Shown: one piece after another, positions 19,097-27,775 of the stretch
How the letters are laid out: each line of letters starts with the position of its first letter
Position numbering within the stretch: position 1 is the first letter of the stretch
Origin: a virus
Length of the DNA stretch: 64,000 nt
Reading direction: 5' to 3' (one strand)
IMG/VR virus record: IMGVR_UViG_3300032322_001460
Coordinates: 3,942 to 67,941 of that record
The notes under the pieces: generated by a model
The model's input: the letters and a program-made list of their open reading frames with translations, nothing else
What the model was told of the DNA's origin: nothing
Database searches by the model: none
Translations under genes and position numbers: made by a program

Positions 19097-21359
19097 ATTT
19101 CCGTTTCAACCATTCAAAGTCATTAATTTTAGCTAGCTGGGTCTGATCATCTTTGGCAGATAACCCAAAATCTCTTCCGGCGATAGCTCCTGCAATAGCA
19201 TATTCTCCGTATTGTTTATCTTTGCCTTGACTACACCATACTACTAATCGTTCATTGGTTTCATCATCATCCTGTCTATTAATTAATTTAGCAGAAAGTT
19301 TGGCACACTCTCTAAATGCTGATTTCCATGTATTGAATGGATCAGTATTAAACACCGTGACATTCGAAACTGCTTTCATAGCTATAAACTGATCGCTAAT
19401 CGATGTAGTCATATCAGTACTGTTTACATCCATAGCTAAGGTTAGATGGCGTGGCAACAGTTTTACGCCCCCATAACCGTAGATTAATCCGTTAATAGGA
19501 TTTTGACTTCTCCAAACATGTACTATATTCTTTTCATATCTCGTAACAACATGATCAAAACTAAATTCGTCAACTATTTCAGCATCTCCATCTACTATCC
19601 ATATCATTTCACTAGAGCAAATTTCTGCTGCTCGAATGTGAGCTTGATGGATTCCTTTAACTCCGTGTACTCGTTTAGCACGAGGATATTTTTCTTTAAG
19701 ATTGTTCCAATTCTCATCGGCGTTAGGTTCATTGTAACTGATAAACACTATGTCATATAGTTTATGTTGAGACGCAATGATTTCTTGTTCTTTTTTATTG
19801 ATAAGATATCTAAAATCTATTTCTCTCTTTCCGACCTGAGAGTTTTTACTCATTAACATGAGACCATTATAAGTGTGTTCTTTTTCTTTAAAATGATGGA
19901 GGAACACATGATTAATACTTCTATCATAATCATACTTGCCGTCACGTGGGTCAAAGTACAGATCGAAAACTGATTCGTCTATTATTTCTATTTCAGGATA
20001 GGATACCCAAAACATATCATCTTGGACTGATTCTAGAGCAGACAAATAATCATCATATTCAGAAATTTCAACCAGTGGGTATTGAGATTTAGATACTATC
20101 CTGTCATGTTCTTTTTTATCGACTAGATATCTAATATCAAACTCTCGTTTTGAAATAGTTTTTTTCTTAGTGCATAAAATAACGCCATTGACAAAAGATT
20201 CTTTATCATAACATCTGTTTTTAAAAATGTGATGTTCAGATCTGTCATGATCATACTTGCCGTCACGTGGATCAAAGTATAGATCAAAAACTGATTCATC
20301 TGTCATTTTGATATTAGGCCATACTAGCCAAAACATATCATCTTTTGAAGTTTTTAAAGTTTCTAAATATTGATCATATGTATTTGCTGTTAAAATAGGA
20401 TATTGAGATTTAGATACTACTCTGTCATGTTCTTTTTTATCGACTAGATATCTAATATCAAACTCTCGTTTTGAAATAGTTTTTTTCTTAGTGCATAACA
20501 TAATACCATTGACAAACATTTCTTTATCATAACATCTGTTTTTAAAAATGTGATGTTCAGATCTATCGTAAGAGTTGTGATGGCTAAAATATATGTTAAA
20601 AACTGTTTGATCAATGACTGACAGATTTGGCCATACTAGCCAAAACATATCATCTTGAATATCTAAATACTCGTCATATGTTAGTGGGGAATAAACACTG
20701 TATTGCTTAGGAGCACTTGCTTGTATATCGATTTCTTTTTTATTTGAAAAAAATCGATGCTGAAACTCTTTGCTCGAAACTGTTGTAGATTTAGGAAATA
20801 AACATATACCGTCGTGATGATCACCGTTCTTAAATATATGGACTACATTTCTGTTGTACGACGGTACTTGATAATCAAAGCCAAAGTCTTCTATAATATC
20901 AACATCTTTCCATATAACCCAAAACATTTCAGTAGAAGAACTTTGTAATGCTGAAAGATATTCGTCGTAAGAGTTTACGAAAAATTTGTCGAAAGGTTTA
21001 GGGACGCTTGCTACGATGGCTATTTCTTTTTTATTATTAAAAAATCTATGATCAAATTCCCGTTGAGAAATATTTTCTGATTTAGGAAATAAACAAATAC
21101 CATCGTAATGTTCTCCATTTTTGAAAACGTGAACATACATATCGTCCCACTTTGAGACTTTATATTCTAATAAATCAATAGTTTCGTTAATTTCTAGATC
21201 ATCCCATATGACCCAAAACATTTTTGTAAATGCTCGAGAACGTATACTTTCATATGATTTAACATTAGACAATCGTTGTGCAATAGGATATTTAGATTTG
21301 ATTTTCTTCCAAGTGTCATCAAATCCATTATCTTTAGAAACATAAAAAATATCATACAT
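19083..21359 (-). CDS. Repeat-expanded glycosyltransferase-like protein (GT-A-like C-terminal domain)
   Basis: C-terminal domain 'YDIVFISYNEPNAD...RVHGVKGIHQAH...WIVDGD...YGYGGVKL' preceded by five degenerate ~100-aa units sharing an 'MFW' motif. Confidence 0.65.
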   Translation of the reverse strand: MYDIFYVSKDNGFDDTWKKIKSKYPIAQRLSNVKSYESIRSRAFTKMFWVIWDDLEINETIDLLEYKVSKWDDMYVHVFKNGEHYDGICLFPKSENISQREFDHRFFNNKKEIAIVASVPKPFDKFFVNSYDEYLSALQSSSTEMFWVIWKDVDIIEDFGFDYQVPSYNRNVVHIFKNGDHHDGICLFPKSTTVSSKEFQHRFFSNKKEIDIQASAPKQYSVYSPLTYDEYLDIQDDMFWLVWPNLSVIDQTVFNIYFSHHNSYDRSEHHIFKNRCYDKEMFVNGIMLCTKKKTISKREFDIRYLVDKKEHDRVVSKSQYPILTANTYDQYLETLKTSKDDMFWLVWPNIKMTDESVFDLYFDPRDGKYDHDRSEHHIFKNRCYDKESFVNGVILCTKKKTISKREFDIRYLVDKKEHDRIVSKSQYPLVEISEYDDYLSALESVQDDMFWVSYPEIEIIDESVFDLYFDPRDGKYDYDRSINHVFLHHFKEKEHTYNGLMLMSKNSQVGKREIDFRYLINKKEQEIIASQHKLYDIVFISYNEPNADENWNNLKEKYPRAKRVHGVKGIHQAHIRAAEICSSEMIWIVDGDAEIVDEFSFDHVVTRYEKNIVHVWRSQNPINGLIYGYGGVKLLPRHLTLAMDVNSTDMTTSISDQFIAMKAVSNVTVFNTDPFNTWKSAFRECAKLSAKLINRQDDDETNERLVVWCSQGKDKQYGEYAIAGAIAGRDFGLSAKDDQTQLAKINDFEWLKRKFDGV
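19929..20653. repeat. Intragenic tandem repeat, ~321-bp period
   Basis: 20080-20242 is nearly identical to 20401-20563, and 19929-19980 to 20250-20301; both offsets are 321 nt (107 codons). Confidence 0.9.
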
Positions 21360-22269
21360 TTGCGGGAACGGGCATCTTAAAATATGTGTCGTTTAAATTC
21401 ATTGTTTCGTTATATAGATCTAGCGTATACTTGCTTTGAGCAGCATCTAGATATGGCCAATGTAATCCTAGACCTAACTTGATTTTTTCTCCGAGGTCTT
21501 TGGTAGCTTCAATTAATCCATCACCGTTAACTTCTTCATAAGGCTTGCCGTATTGTTTCCAGATATCTCTTAAGATCTCAAAATCTCTAACATCTACATA
21601 ATTCCAATCTGTACAGTTAGCCATCCATGTTCCTAGTCTGGCTCCGTAAACTGCATAGAGTCCGTTTTCTTCGTGACTGCCGACAGTTGACCACATACGC
21701 AATCTATGTATATTGTGCCACCATATTCTCTGTTGTATTTCTAAAGGAGGGACCTTAACACCATCAAGCAGTGTCATTTTTACACCTTCACGAAATCCTG
21801 CTCTCCATGCTTGAAAAGGCGATCCGATGATAATGCTATCGCTGAAGCTTAAGGGAAAGTTACGATAACCATCTTCCCAACAGAAATCGACCTGTCCTCT
21901 ATCGCTATCAGAATTTTCATGAGTTTTCATATTAAGGACGAAATCTTTTTTCCAGATTTTTAATCCTCCATTGCCATAACGTAATCCGTTGATAACATTA
22001 CGACCGCACCAACCATAGACTCGAATCTTAGGATCATTCATATCTAAGTCGATATTAAAGAACTTAGGATCTACAATATTGTCGGCATCTACAGTTATAA
22101 ACCAATCCGTCTCGGATTTTTCAGCGGCGGCTTTGTGTGCGTGGTCGCTACCTTTCACTCCGTGGACACGTTTTGCCCAAGGCACCTTATTGCACAGATC
22201 TGCATAATGCAAATCTGCGTTAGGTTCATCATAGCTTAAAAAAATAACATCGAATTCTATAATTTTCAT
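21352..22269 (-). CDS. Glycosyltransferase-like protein (GT-A fold, DxD)
   Basis: 'FDVIFLSYDEPNAD', 'RVHGVKGSDHAH', 'FITVDADN' and 'YGNGGLK'; paralogue of the C-terminal domain of 19083-21359. Confidence 0.7.
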   Translation of the reverse strand: MKIIEFDVIFLSYDEPNADLHYADLCNKVPWAKRVHGVKGSDHAHKAAAEKSETDWFITVDADNIVDPKFFNIDLDMNDPKIRVYGWCGRNVINGLRYGNGGLKIWKKDFVLNMKTHENSDSDRGQVDFCWEDGYRNFPLSFSDSIIIGSPFQAWRAGFREGVKMTLLDGVKVPPLEIQQRIWWHNIHRLRMWSTVGSHEENGLYAVYGARLGTWMANCTDWNYVDVRDFEILRDIWKQYGKPYEEVNGDGLIEATKDLGEKIKLGLGLHWPYLDAAQSKYTLDLYNETMNLNDTYFKMPVPANV

Positions 22270-22862
22270 TTAATTTCCAAAGTATAATTAGAAAACAACC
22301 TTCTTGTAAAAATACTAAATTTGCTGCGCAATTTAAATTTAAATTTTTGAGGATATGCTGATAATTCGTCTATAGAAAATCTAATCATCTCTTTTAAGTT
22401 ATTAGGATCATTATAGCCGGTAATTAAAAATATCAGTTCTTTTTCGCCGGGCCAAGACATTTCTTTTATCGACGGGTTAATTTTAAAAATAAGTTCTTCT
22501 TCTTTTCTATCGTAAATTATCTGAATATCAGGTTTAGATATGTTTGACCACTTCTTCTCAATTACTCTATGTAACACATTATCAATTTTACTTAACACAA
22601 GATCGTAATTTTGATTTTCTAAAATTTTAAAAGGAAGTTGACTAGTATCTATTCTAATAGAAGATAATGTTTTAATTCCGGTTAAGAGATCGTCGGCTAG
22701 GTCATCGTCAATTTCCAGACAGTCATTATCAGTTATATTAGACCAACTAGGAAAAACTTCTGTAATTACACCCGATTCTAGAGCAAATCGAATATAGTAT
22801 TTTATGACAGGAATATCTACCGTTAAATCAAAATAATCTTCAACTACTGTTTCTTGGACCAT
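22266..22862 (-). CDS. Hypothetical protein
   Basis: 198-aa ORF overlapping both neighbours. Confidence 0.75.
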   Translation of the reverse strand: MVQETVVEDYFDLTVDIPVIKYYIRFALESGVITEVFPSWSNITDNDCLEIDDDLADDLLTGIKTLSSIRIDTSQLPFKILENQNYDLVLSKIDNVLHRVIEKKWSNISKPDIQIIYDRKEEELIFKINPSIKEMSWPGEKELIFLITGYNDPNNLKEMIRFSIDELSAYPQKFKFKLRSKFSIFTRRLFSNYTLEIK

Positions 22863-23689
22863 AAAATATCCTCTAAAAGACTTATATACTCGTCGGTCAT
22901 TAAATCTTTTTCAACATAATGAATAATATTTGTTTGTTGAAAATTTCCGATCTTTAAATTTCCTTGATCATTTAAATAAAATCCCACGTGATCTGTAACT
23001 TTATCTGAAGAAAATGACCAATCTTGTATTCTAGGCTTAAGATGTGTTATACAAGGAAAACTCAAATCATAACTGATTTCGTCGGATATATCTAAAATTT
23101 TTGCACTTAAAGCAAACGCTTCATCAGTACCTAAAATCTTCGGTATATGATTACTTAAAAATAAGTTCGAAAACTCGATAGGATTTTCTATAATGTATCT
23201 TCCTAAAGAAAAAAATTCTTTAGCCAAGTCAGAATTTTTATTAAAAAAAGTATAAAAACTATAAAGATTAGGAAGTCCATTTTTTTCAAAAGTTCTTCTA
23301 TAAAAGTTATCCGTTACAACATCATTCCTAAATGTATAACTTTTATTTGGTAGATATAATTCTATATTATTTTCAATAAAATAATCTATCCAATGACTAT
23401 AGTCTCTTAAGAATAACATATCTGCATCTAAACATACCGTGTTCTCAAAAGGTGTTAAATCGTCCATCCAAGAACGACCATCCCATCCTGTCTTTTGATT
23501 CCATTCTATAACTGTATCAAATACCCAGGGAGAGGCGAGATTTTCAACTTTTGACTTATCATCTATTACCAATGCTACTTTATCGTACCCTTCTTTCTGA
23601 GTATTTTTAATGCTGATGGCTAAGCCGTAGGCCATTTTAAGATAATCTATATTTTCATTAGAAGCAAATATTAAATAACCAAAGTTCAT
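22844..23689 (-). CDS. Glycosyltransferase-like protein (GT8-like, DxD)
   Basis: 'YLKMAYGLAISIK', 'TPFENTVCLDADML', 'GTDEAF' and 'IIHY'. Confidence 0.65.
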   Translation of the reverse strand: MNFGYLIFASNENIDYLKMAYGLAISIKNTQKEGYDKVALVIDDKSKVENLASPWVFDTVIEWNQKTGWDGRSWMDDLTPFENTVCLDADMLFLRDYSHWIDYFIENNIELYLPNKSYTFRNDVVTDNFYRRTFEKNGLPNLYSFYTFFNKNSDLAKEFFSLGRYIIENPIEFSNLFLSNHIPKILGTDEAFALSAKILDISDEISYDLSFPCITHLKPRIQDWSFSSDKVTDHVGFYLNDQGNLKIGNFQQTNIIHYVEKDLMTDEYISLLEDILWSKKQ

Positions 23690-24546
23690 ATTAATTCCAT
23701 TAGCATATCTTTATTCCTGATAATACTTTGTTTGTTCATAACATGAATATCAGTGTTTAAAATTTTTGCAGATTTATAGTTTCCGTCATCGTGCGGATTC
23801 ATTAAAATTATCATCTTTCCTGTATTATCAACTTCTAATAAAATATCTTTATCTAAAACAGAAGTTATAGGAGGAAGATTGTAAACGTTTTCAATCTCAT
23901 AACCGCTCAATATATGTTTGGCAATACTAAAGGCAATATCATTTCTAAACTGTGATGGATTAAATCTAAAAAGGTCAGCAAAATAAACATAATTTAATTT
24001 TATAAATTCTACTAATTTAAAGAAAAAATCGCTTTCTTTATTTTTTTTAAACATAACCGTAGTGGCCCACAATAAAGGAATACTTGATTCAGAAATTCTT
24101 TTATCAAGATATCCCGGACGATCTTCTAAGATGTCATTTATAGAATCACCAATCATCACACTGGATTCAACATTCCAGTATTCATTTAATCTATCAGTGA
24201 AAATTAAAAAATCGCTATCTATTAATAACGTGTTATCATAAGGGCTTAAAGAATAAGCATCGCATCTATTAGAATTTAAAAACGGTACAGTTTGATGATG
24301 GAATCCATCATAAAGTTTTCTCGTGTTTTCTGTATAAGGGTATTCTATTTCTATAATTTTTTCAAAAACATCGTTTAATTTTTTCTCTAATCCAGCCGTT
24401 TTTAACCATGATAAAGTTCCGCTATCTGTCACTAATGATGCAGGTACCTTAAGATTTTTTTTGGCTAGGCCTCCAGATATTATTGCCAGTGTGCCGTAAT
24501 CAATAAAAGGACTGTTATGAGCAAAAATTAGTACGCCGTTATTCAT
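23686..24546 (-). CDS. Glycosyltransferase-like protein (GT8-like, DxD)
   Basis: 'SPYDNTLLIDSDFL', 'FRNDIAFSIA' and 'DIHVMNK'; distant paralogue of 22844-23689. Confidence 0.65.
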   Translation of the reverse strand: MNNGVLIFAHNSPFIDYGTLAIISGGLAKKNLKVPASLVTDSGTLSWLKTAGLEKKLNDVFEKIIEIEYPYTENTRKLYDGFHHQTVPFLNSNRCDAYSLSPYDNTLLIDSDFLIFTDRLNEYWNVESSVMIGDSINDILEDRPGYLDKRISESSIPLLWATTVMFKKNKESDFFFKLVEFIKLNYVYFADLFRFNPSQFRNDIAFSIAKHILSGYEIENVYNLPPITSVLDKDILLEVDNTGKMIILMNPHDDGNYKSAKILNTDIHVMNKQSIIRNKDMLMELI

Positions 24547-24893
24547 AGTTCTAAAAGTTTTTCCAATGAACGAGTTTTCTTTACTTTTTCATATTCTTTA
24601 TAATATTCTAAAGTAGAAGTAAAATATCTATCTAATATTTCATTTTTAAAATCTTCTAAATCATTAATCAAAATTGGATTATTATTAGAATCTAAAATAG
24701 GAACATCGTTTTTTCTGCCATTATTGATAAGCATATCAACAAAAGTTATTAACGACATATCTATTTTAAATATACCGCCGCTATAGCCATAGGTAAGCCT
24801 AGCTTCATTTTTTTCTTTTAAAATTTTTCGTTGAATTGAAAATGTGTGCCTAAAATTAGAAAAATCTAAGGCTTTTCGAAGACGTTCATCCAT
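24543..24893 (-). CDS. Hypothetical protein, first gene of the modification cluster
   Basis: 116-aa ORF with AAGGGA SD and an upstream late promoter motif. Confidence 0.8.
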   Translation of the reverse strand: MDERLRKALDFSNFRHTFSIQRKILKEKNEARLTYGYSGGIFKIDMSLITFVDMLINNGRKNDVPILDSNNNPILINDLEDFKNEILDRYFTSTLEYYKEYEKVKKTRSLEKLLEL

Positions 24894-24900
24894 TCTTATC

Positions 24901-24945
24901 CCTTTAATTAAAGTAGCACATTATTTAGTGCCACTTAAATTAAGG
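24901..24945 (-). promoter_or_regulatory. Late promoter core TAAATA in the loop of an imperfect hairpin that covers the RBS
   Basis: Minus strand reads CCTTAATTTAAGTGGCAC-TAAATAAT-GTGCTACTTTAATTAAAGG-GATAAGA-ATG; TAAATA is at 24927-24922. Confidence 0.65.
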
Positions 24946-24953
24946 TCAAAGAA

Positions 24954-25973
24954 TTATGAACCGGTGATTGATGTATTGCTATATGTAGGCAAAGTAATCG
25001 TCCAAACTGGTTGAACGGCGGGAGGAGTCACTATAGGTAATAAATTAATTCCAGCAGTACTTCCGGCATAAGTTTGAGTAACTGTTAAATTTAAAGTTCC
25101 GTCAACTACATCACCGGGAGGATTAGTAAGAGCGGGTAACCCAGCTGATACATCCGGATCTGTATATCCGTCAGACCAAGTTGCTGTGAAAATAATCTGT
25201 GTCGCAGTAAACGAAGAACTACCCACAACACCACTTGCTAATCTAGCACGTAATCTCCATGTGTTTGAAGCATACGGTGCTGAAGATGTAATAGAATACC
25301 AAATTTGATCAGTAGTTGTAAGATTATAAAAATTAACTCCTTGGTTGCCACTACTGATCGCGCCTAAGCCTTGCGTCCCGGCAGATGTTAAAGTACTAGA
25401 CCATATACTGTTTTGAGAAGTTGAAGCACCTCCAGTTCTTGTACTATTAAAATTTATCCTACCGCCACTGTTAAAGAAATAACGCATGGCATTGGAACTA
25501 GGAAAAGTAACGGTAACGGTGCAAGAAACAGCAGAACTCCAACTAGTCGTTCTGGTAATAGGCATTGGAAGATCAACGCCACCGCTGTCTTTAATTGATA
25601 CTGTACTAAAGTAACCAGTTCCAAGATTAAATTTATTAGCAATGGCAGTATTGGTTAAGGAATCGTACTGCGTAACTGGATGGGTGGCACCATATCTAAT
25701 AACATCTCCACTGTTTACTGTAGTAACAGTAGGACTAGTTCCATCTTGATGTAATCTAGCATTAAGGATATCGCTTTTTAAAAGTTCAAATTGAGACCTG
25801 GTAATAGTTTGACCTGCTGCCACTGCAGAACTCATCAACTGTTGACCGTAGCCAAATGTATAATCAGTCAATCCGGTAGTAGGGTTGGTTGTCCCTGTTC
25901 CCATAACAGCTATAATTTTATTTCTGATAGCGTTATAATCTGCTGCTGATATTCTTGATCCGACTGATGCCAT
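24954..25973 (-). CDS. Virion structural protein (tail/fibre associated)
   Basis: T/S/G-rich, beta-like composition; 'MRYFFNSGGRI' motif; directly downstream of fibre genes. Confidence 0.65.
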   Translation of the reverse strand: MASVGSRISAADYNAIRNKIIAVMGTGTTNPTTGLTDYTFGYGQQLMSSAVAAGQTITRSQFELLKSDILNARLHQDGTSPTVTTVNSGDVIRYGATHPVTQYDSLTNTAIANKFNLGTGYFSTVSIKDSGGVDLPMPITRTTSWSSAVSCTVTVTFPSSNAMRYFFNSGGRINFNSTRTGGASTSQNSIWSSTLTSAGTQGLGAISSGNQGVNFYNLTTTDQIWYSITSSAPYASNTWRLRARLASGVVGSSSFTATQIIFTATWSDGYTDPDVSAGLPALTNPPGDVVDGTLNLTVTQTYAGSTAGINLLPIVTPPAVQPVWTITLPTYSNTSITGS

Positions 25974-25985
25974 TTTTATTATTCC

Positions 25986-27734
25986 TTATATTACAATACA
26001 TTCAATGATTCTTTGTTGTACTTCATCGCTAGTTTCTAGGGCTATGGCAAAAACATCAGGATAAGAATGATAAGCAGCTTTTTGAGCCGCGCCATTGTTG
26101 ACTGCTATCAGCCTATCTCCCTTTTTAATTGATCCTACTACTTTAACAGGAACCCTTCCTTTTAATGCCACTGCAACACCGCCAACTAATCCATCATTCA
26201 TAAGGTATGCTGGTTTTTCCGAGATAACACCGATAGCTCTATCTCCAAATTTAGATGCTGTAATTTCTTTTTCGCCGCCCACAGATACAACTGTTCCTAC
26301 TTCATAATCCTGATCTGGAAGATATTTTTCTGCTAGATCTCCGTACTCTGCTGCTGTTGCCGTTCCTCTAAACTTAACAGCATATATATCTCCAGACGCA
26401 TCTCTAGCTGCGATAGTATTGGCTGTAGCGGTAGTCTTTGCTGAACGGTAGTTTGGATCAGTATCCGATGCAGCATCATTAATTCTTAATCGATCTGCCT
26501 TATCTGTAGTTCCAACAAACTGATTAGCTAAAATATTTCCCGAAGAGTTTCTAATTGGGATAGTACTAACAACCACCGACTCAGATGCGCTGATGCCTCC
26601 TAGTGTAGATGCAGATGTTGCAGTTCCTGTAACACTACCTGTAACGTTTCCGGTTAAATTTCCAGAAAAACTACCAGTATAAACCTTTGTTGTTGCGTTG
26701 TACGCTACCGAATTATCACTGGCTAACACATTTCCTTTGTGTATACCTGTTGTATTTCCAGTAACGTTTCCTACTAATGCACCATTAAATGTAGAGGCTG
26801 TGACCTGTAACCACGATGATCCTGTTGTTCCTAAATTAAACGTTCCGTCTGCTGCAGGAAATACTCCTGTGGCTCCTATTCTTAAAACATCAAGATCTAC
26901 AGAAGTCTTGATTCTAAATGTTATATTATCTCCGAGCTGATTTTCTAATAAAACATTGTTACCGTCTTCAACCCAAATTCTTAAATCATTTTGATCGCCA
27001 ATGGTTATTCCCGAATCAGCTACAGATAAACCTGTTGAAAACGTAGCAGCACCAGCTCTTACAAAATCCGAGGCGGAAAAACCTCCTAATTTTGCAGCAT
27101 TAGAAGCAGTACCCCAAAAATAATGATCTGTGCTGGTAACTCCTGTAGTACCATTAGTATTAACTAGATTGATACCTTTCTTTATATCTTGAAAACCCGT
27201 AATCGGATTAGATGTATTCAGCCTAAAAGCATCAGCACTTAAAATAGCAACAACTTCGCCTTCAGAAACTAATTTTAAAATAGAATGATTGTTATTAACA
27301 TCATCTTTTACAGTGTCCTGAACTGCTGCCGATTCACCTGTAGTAGGACTAGCTTCAGGGCCAATTAATATATATTCCGTACCATTCCACGTATAAAGTT
27401 GCTCAGCACTGGTATCGAACCATAAATCTCCTGTTTGTAAACCTGTAGGTGGTGTACTTCCTATTTCTGCTCCGCTGGAAGTTCTAAATCTAGTACCGTC
27501 AAAAAATTTAAGCTTTTTACTTCCTGTATCGAACCATATTTGACCAGTAATTCTTTTTGGCGGGGCTGTAGTATTAGCAAAATTTTCTAGCAAATGAAGG
27601 AAGTTTTCATTTTGAACCTCTCCGTATCCGGCATAATTTTTACCTACAAATCTTAGATCTGTGGTAGTATCAATAGTACCATCATCGACTGATACCAAAA
27701 AAGTGCCGTTAAATTTATCAACTTGATATGCCAT
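25986..27734 (-). CDS. Tail fibre-like protein with C-terminal autocleaving intramolecular chaperone-like domain
   Basis: Shared N-terminal module 'GKNYAGYGEVQNENFLHLLENFA'; 'GNVTGN' repeats; C-terminal 'DLAEKY...GVIS..PAYLMN...VALKGRVP'. Confidence 0.75.
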   Translation of the reverse strand: MAYQVDKFNGTFLVSVDDGTIDTTTDLRFVGKNYAGYGEVQNENFLHLLENFANTTAPPKRITGQIWFDTGSKKLKFFDGTRFRTSSGAEIGSTPPTGLQTGDLWFDTSAEQLYTWNGTEYILIGPEASPTTGESAAVQDTVKDDVNNNHSILKLVSEGEVVAILSADAFRLNTSNPITGFQDIKKGINLVNTNGTTGVTSTDHYFWGTASNAAKLGGFSASDFVRAGAATFSTGLSVADSGITIGDQNDLRIWVEDGNNVLLENQLGDNITFRIKTSVDLDVLRIGATGVFPAADGTFNLGTTGSSWLQVTASTFNGALVGNVTGNTTGIHKGNVLASDNSVAYNATTKVYTGSFSGNLTGNVTGSVTGTATSASTLGGISASESVVVSTIPIRNSSGNILANQFVGTTDKADRLRINDAASDTDPNYRSAKTTATANTIAARDASGDIYAVKFRGTATAAEYGDLAEKYLPDQDYEVGTVVSVGGEKEITASKFGDRAIGVISEKPAYLMNDGLVGGVAVALKGRVPVKVVGSIKKGDRLIAVNNGAAQKAAYHSYPDVFAIALETSDEVQQRIIECIVI

Positions 27735-27754
27735 CTATAAACTCCGATATTCAG

Positions 27755-27760
27755 TATTTA
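27755..27760 (-). promoter_or_regulatory. Late promoter core TAAATA
   Basis: Minus strand ATAAATACTGAATATCGGAGTTTATAG-ATG. Confidence 0.6.
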
Positions 27761-27775
27761 TGTGTTAAATTATTC

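Noticed and set aside
19929-20653. Near-identical repeats as DGR template/variable repeats or a CRISPR array
   Set aside because: In-frame 321-bp domain duplications inside one ORF; no reverse transcriptase in the window and no short repeat-spacer pattern.
7495-24893. Cluster as captured host LPS/capsule locus or host-prophage boundary
   Set aside because: No flippase, polymerase or membrane proteins; genes overlap phage genes and sit behind a phage late motif; no integrase or att site seen.
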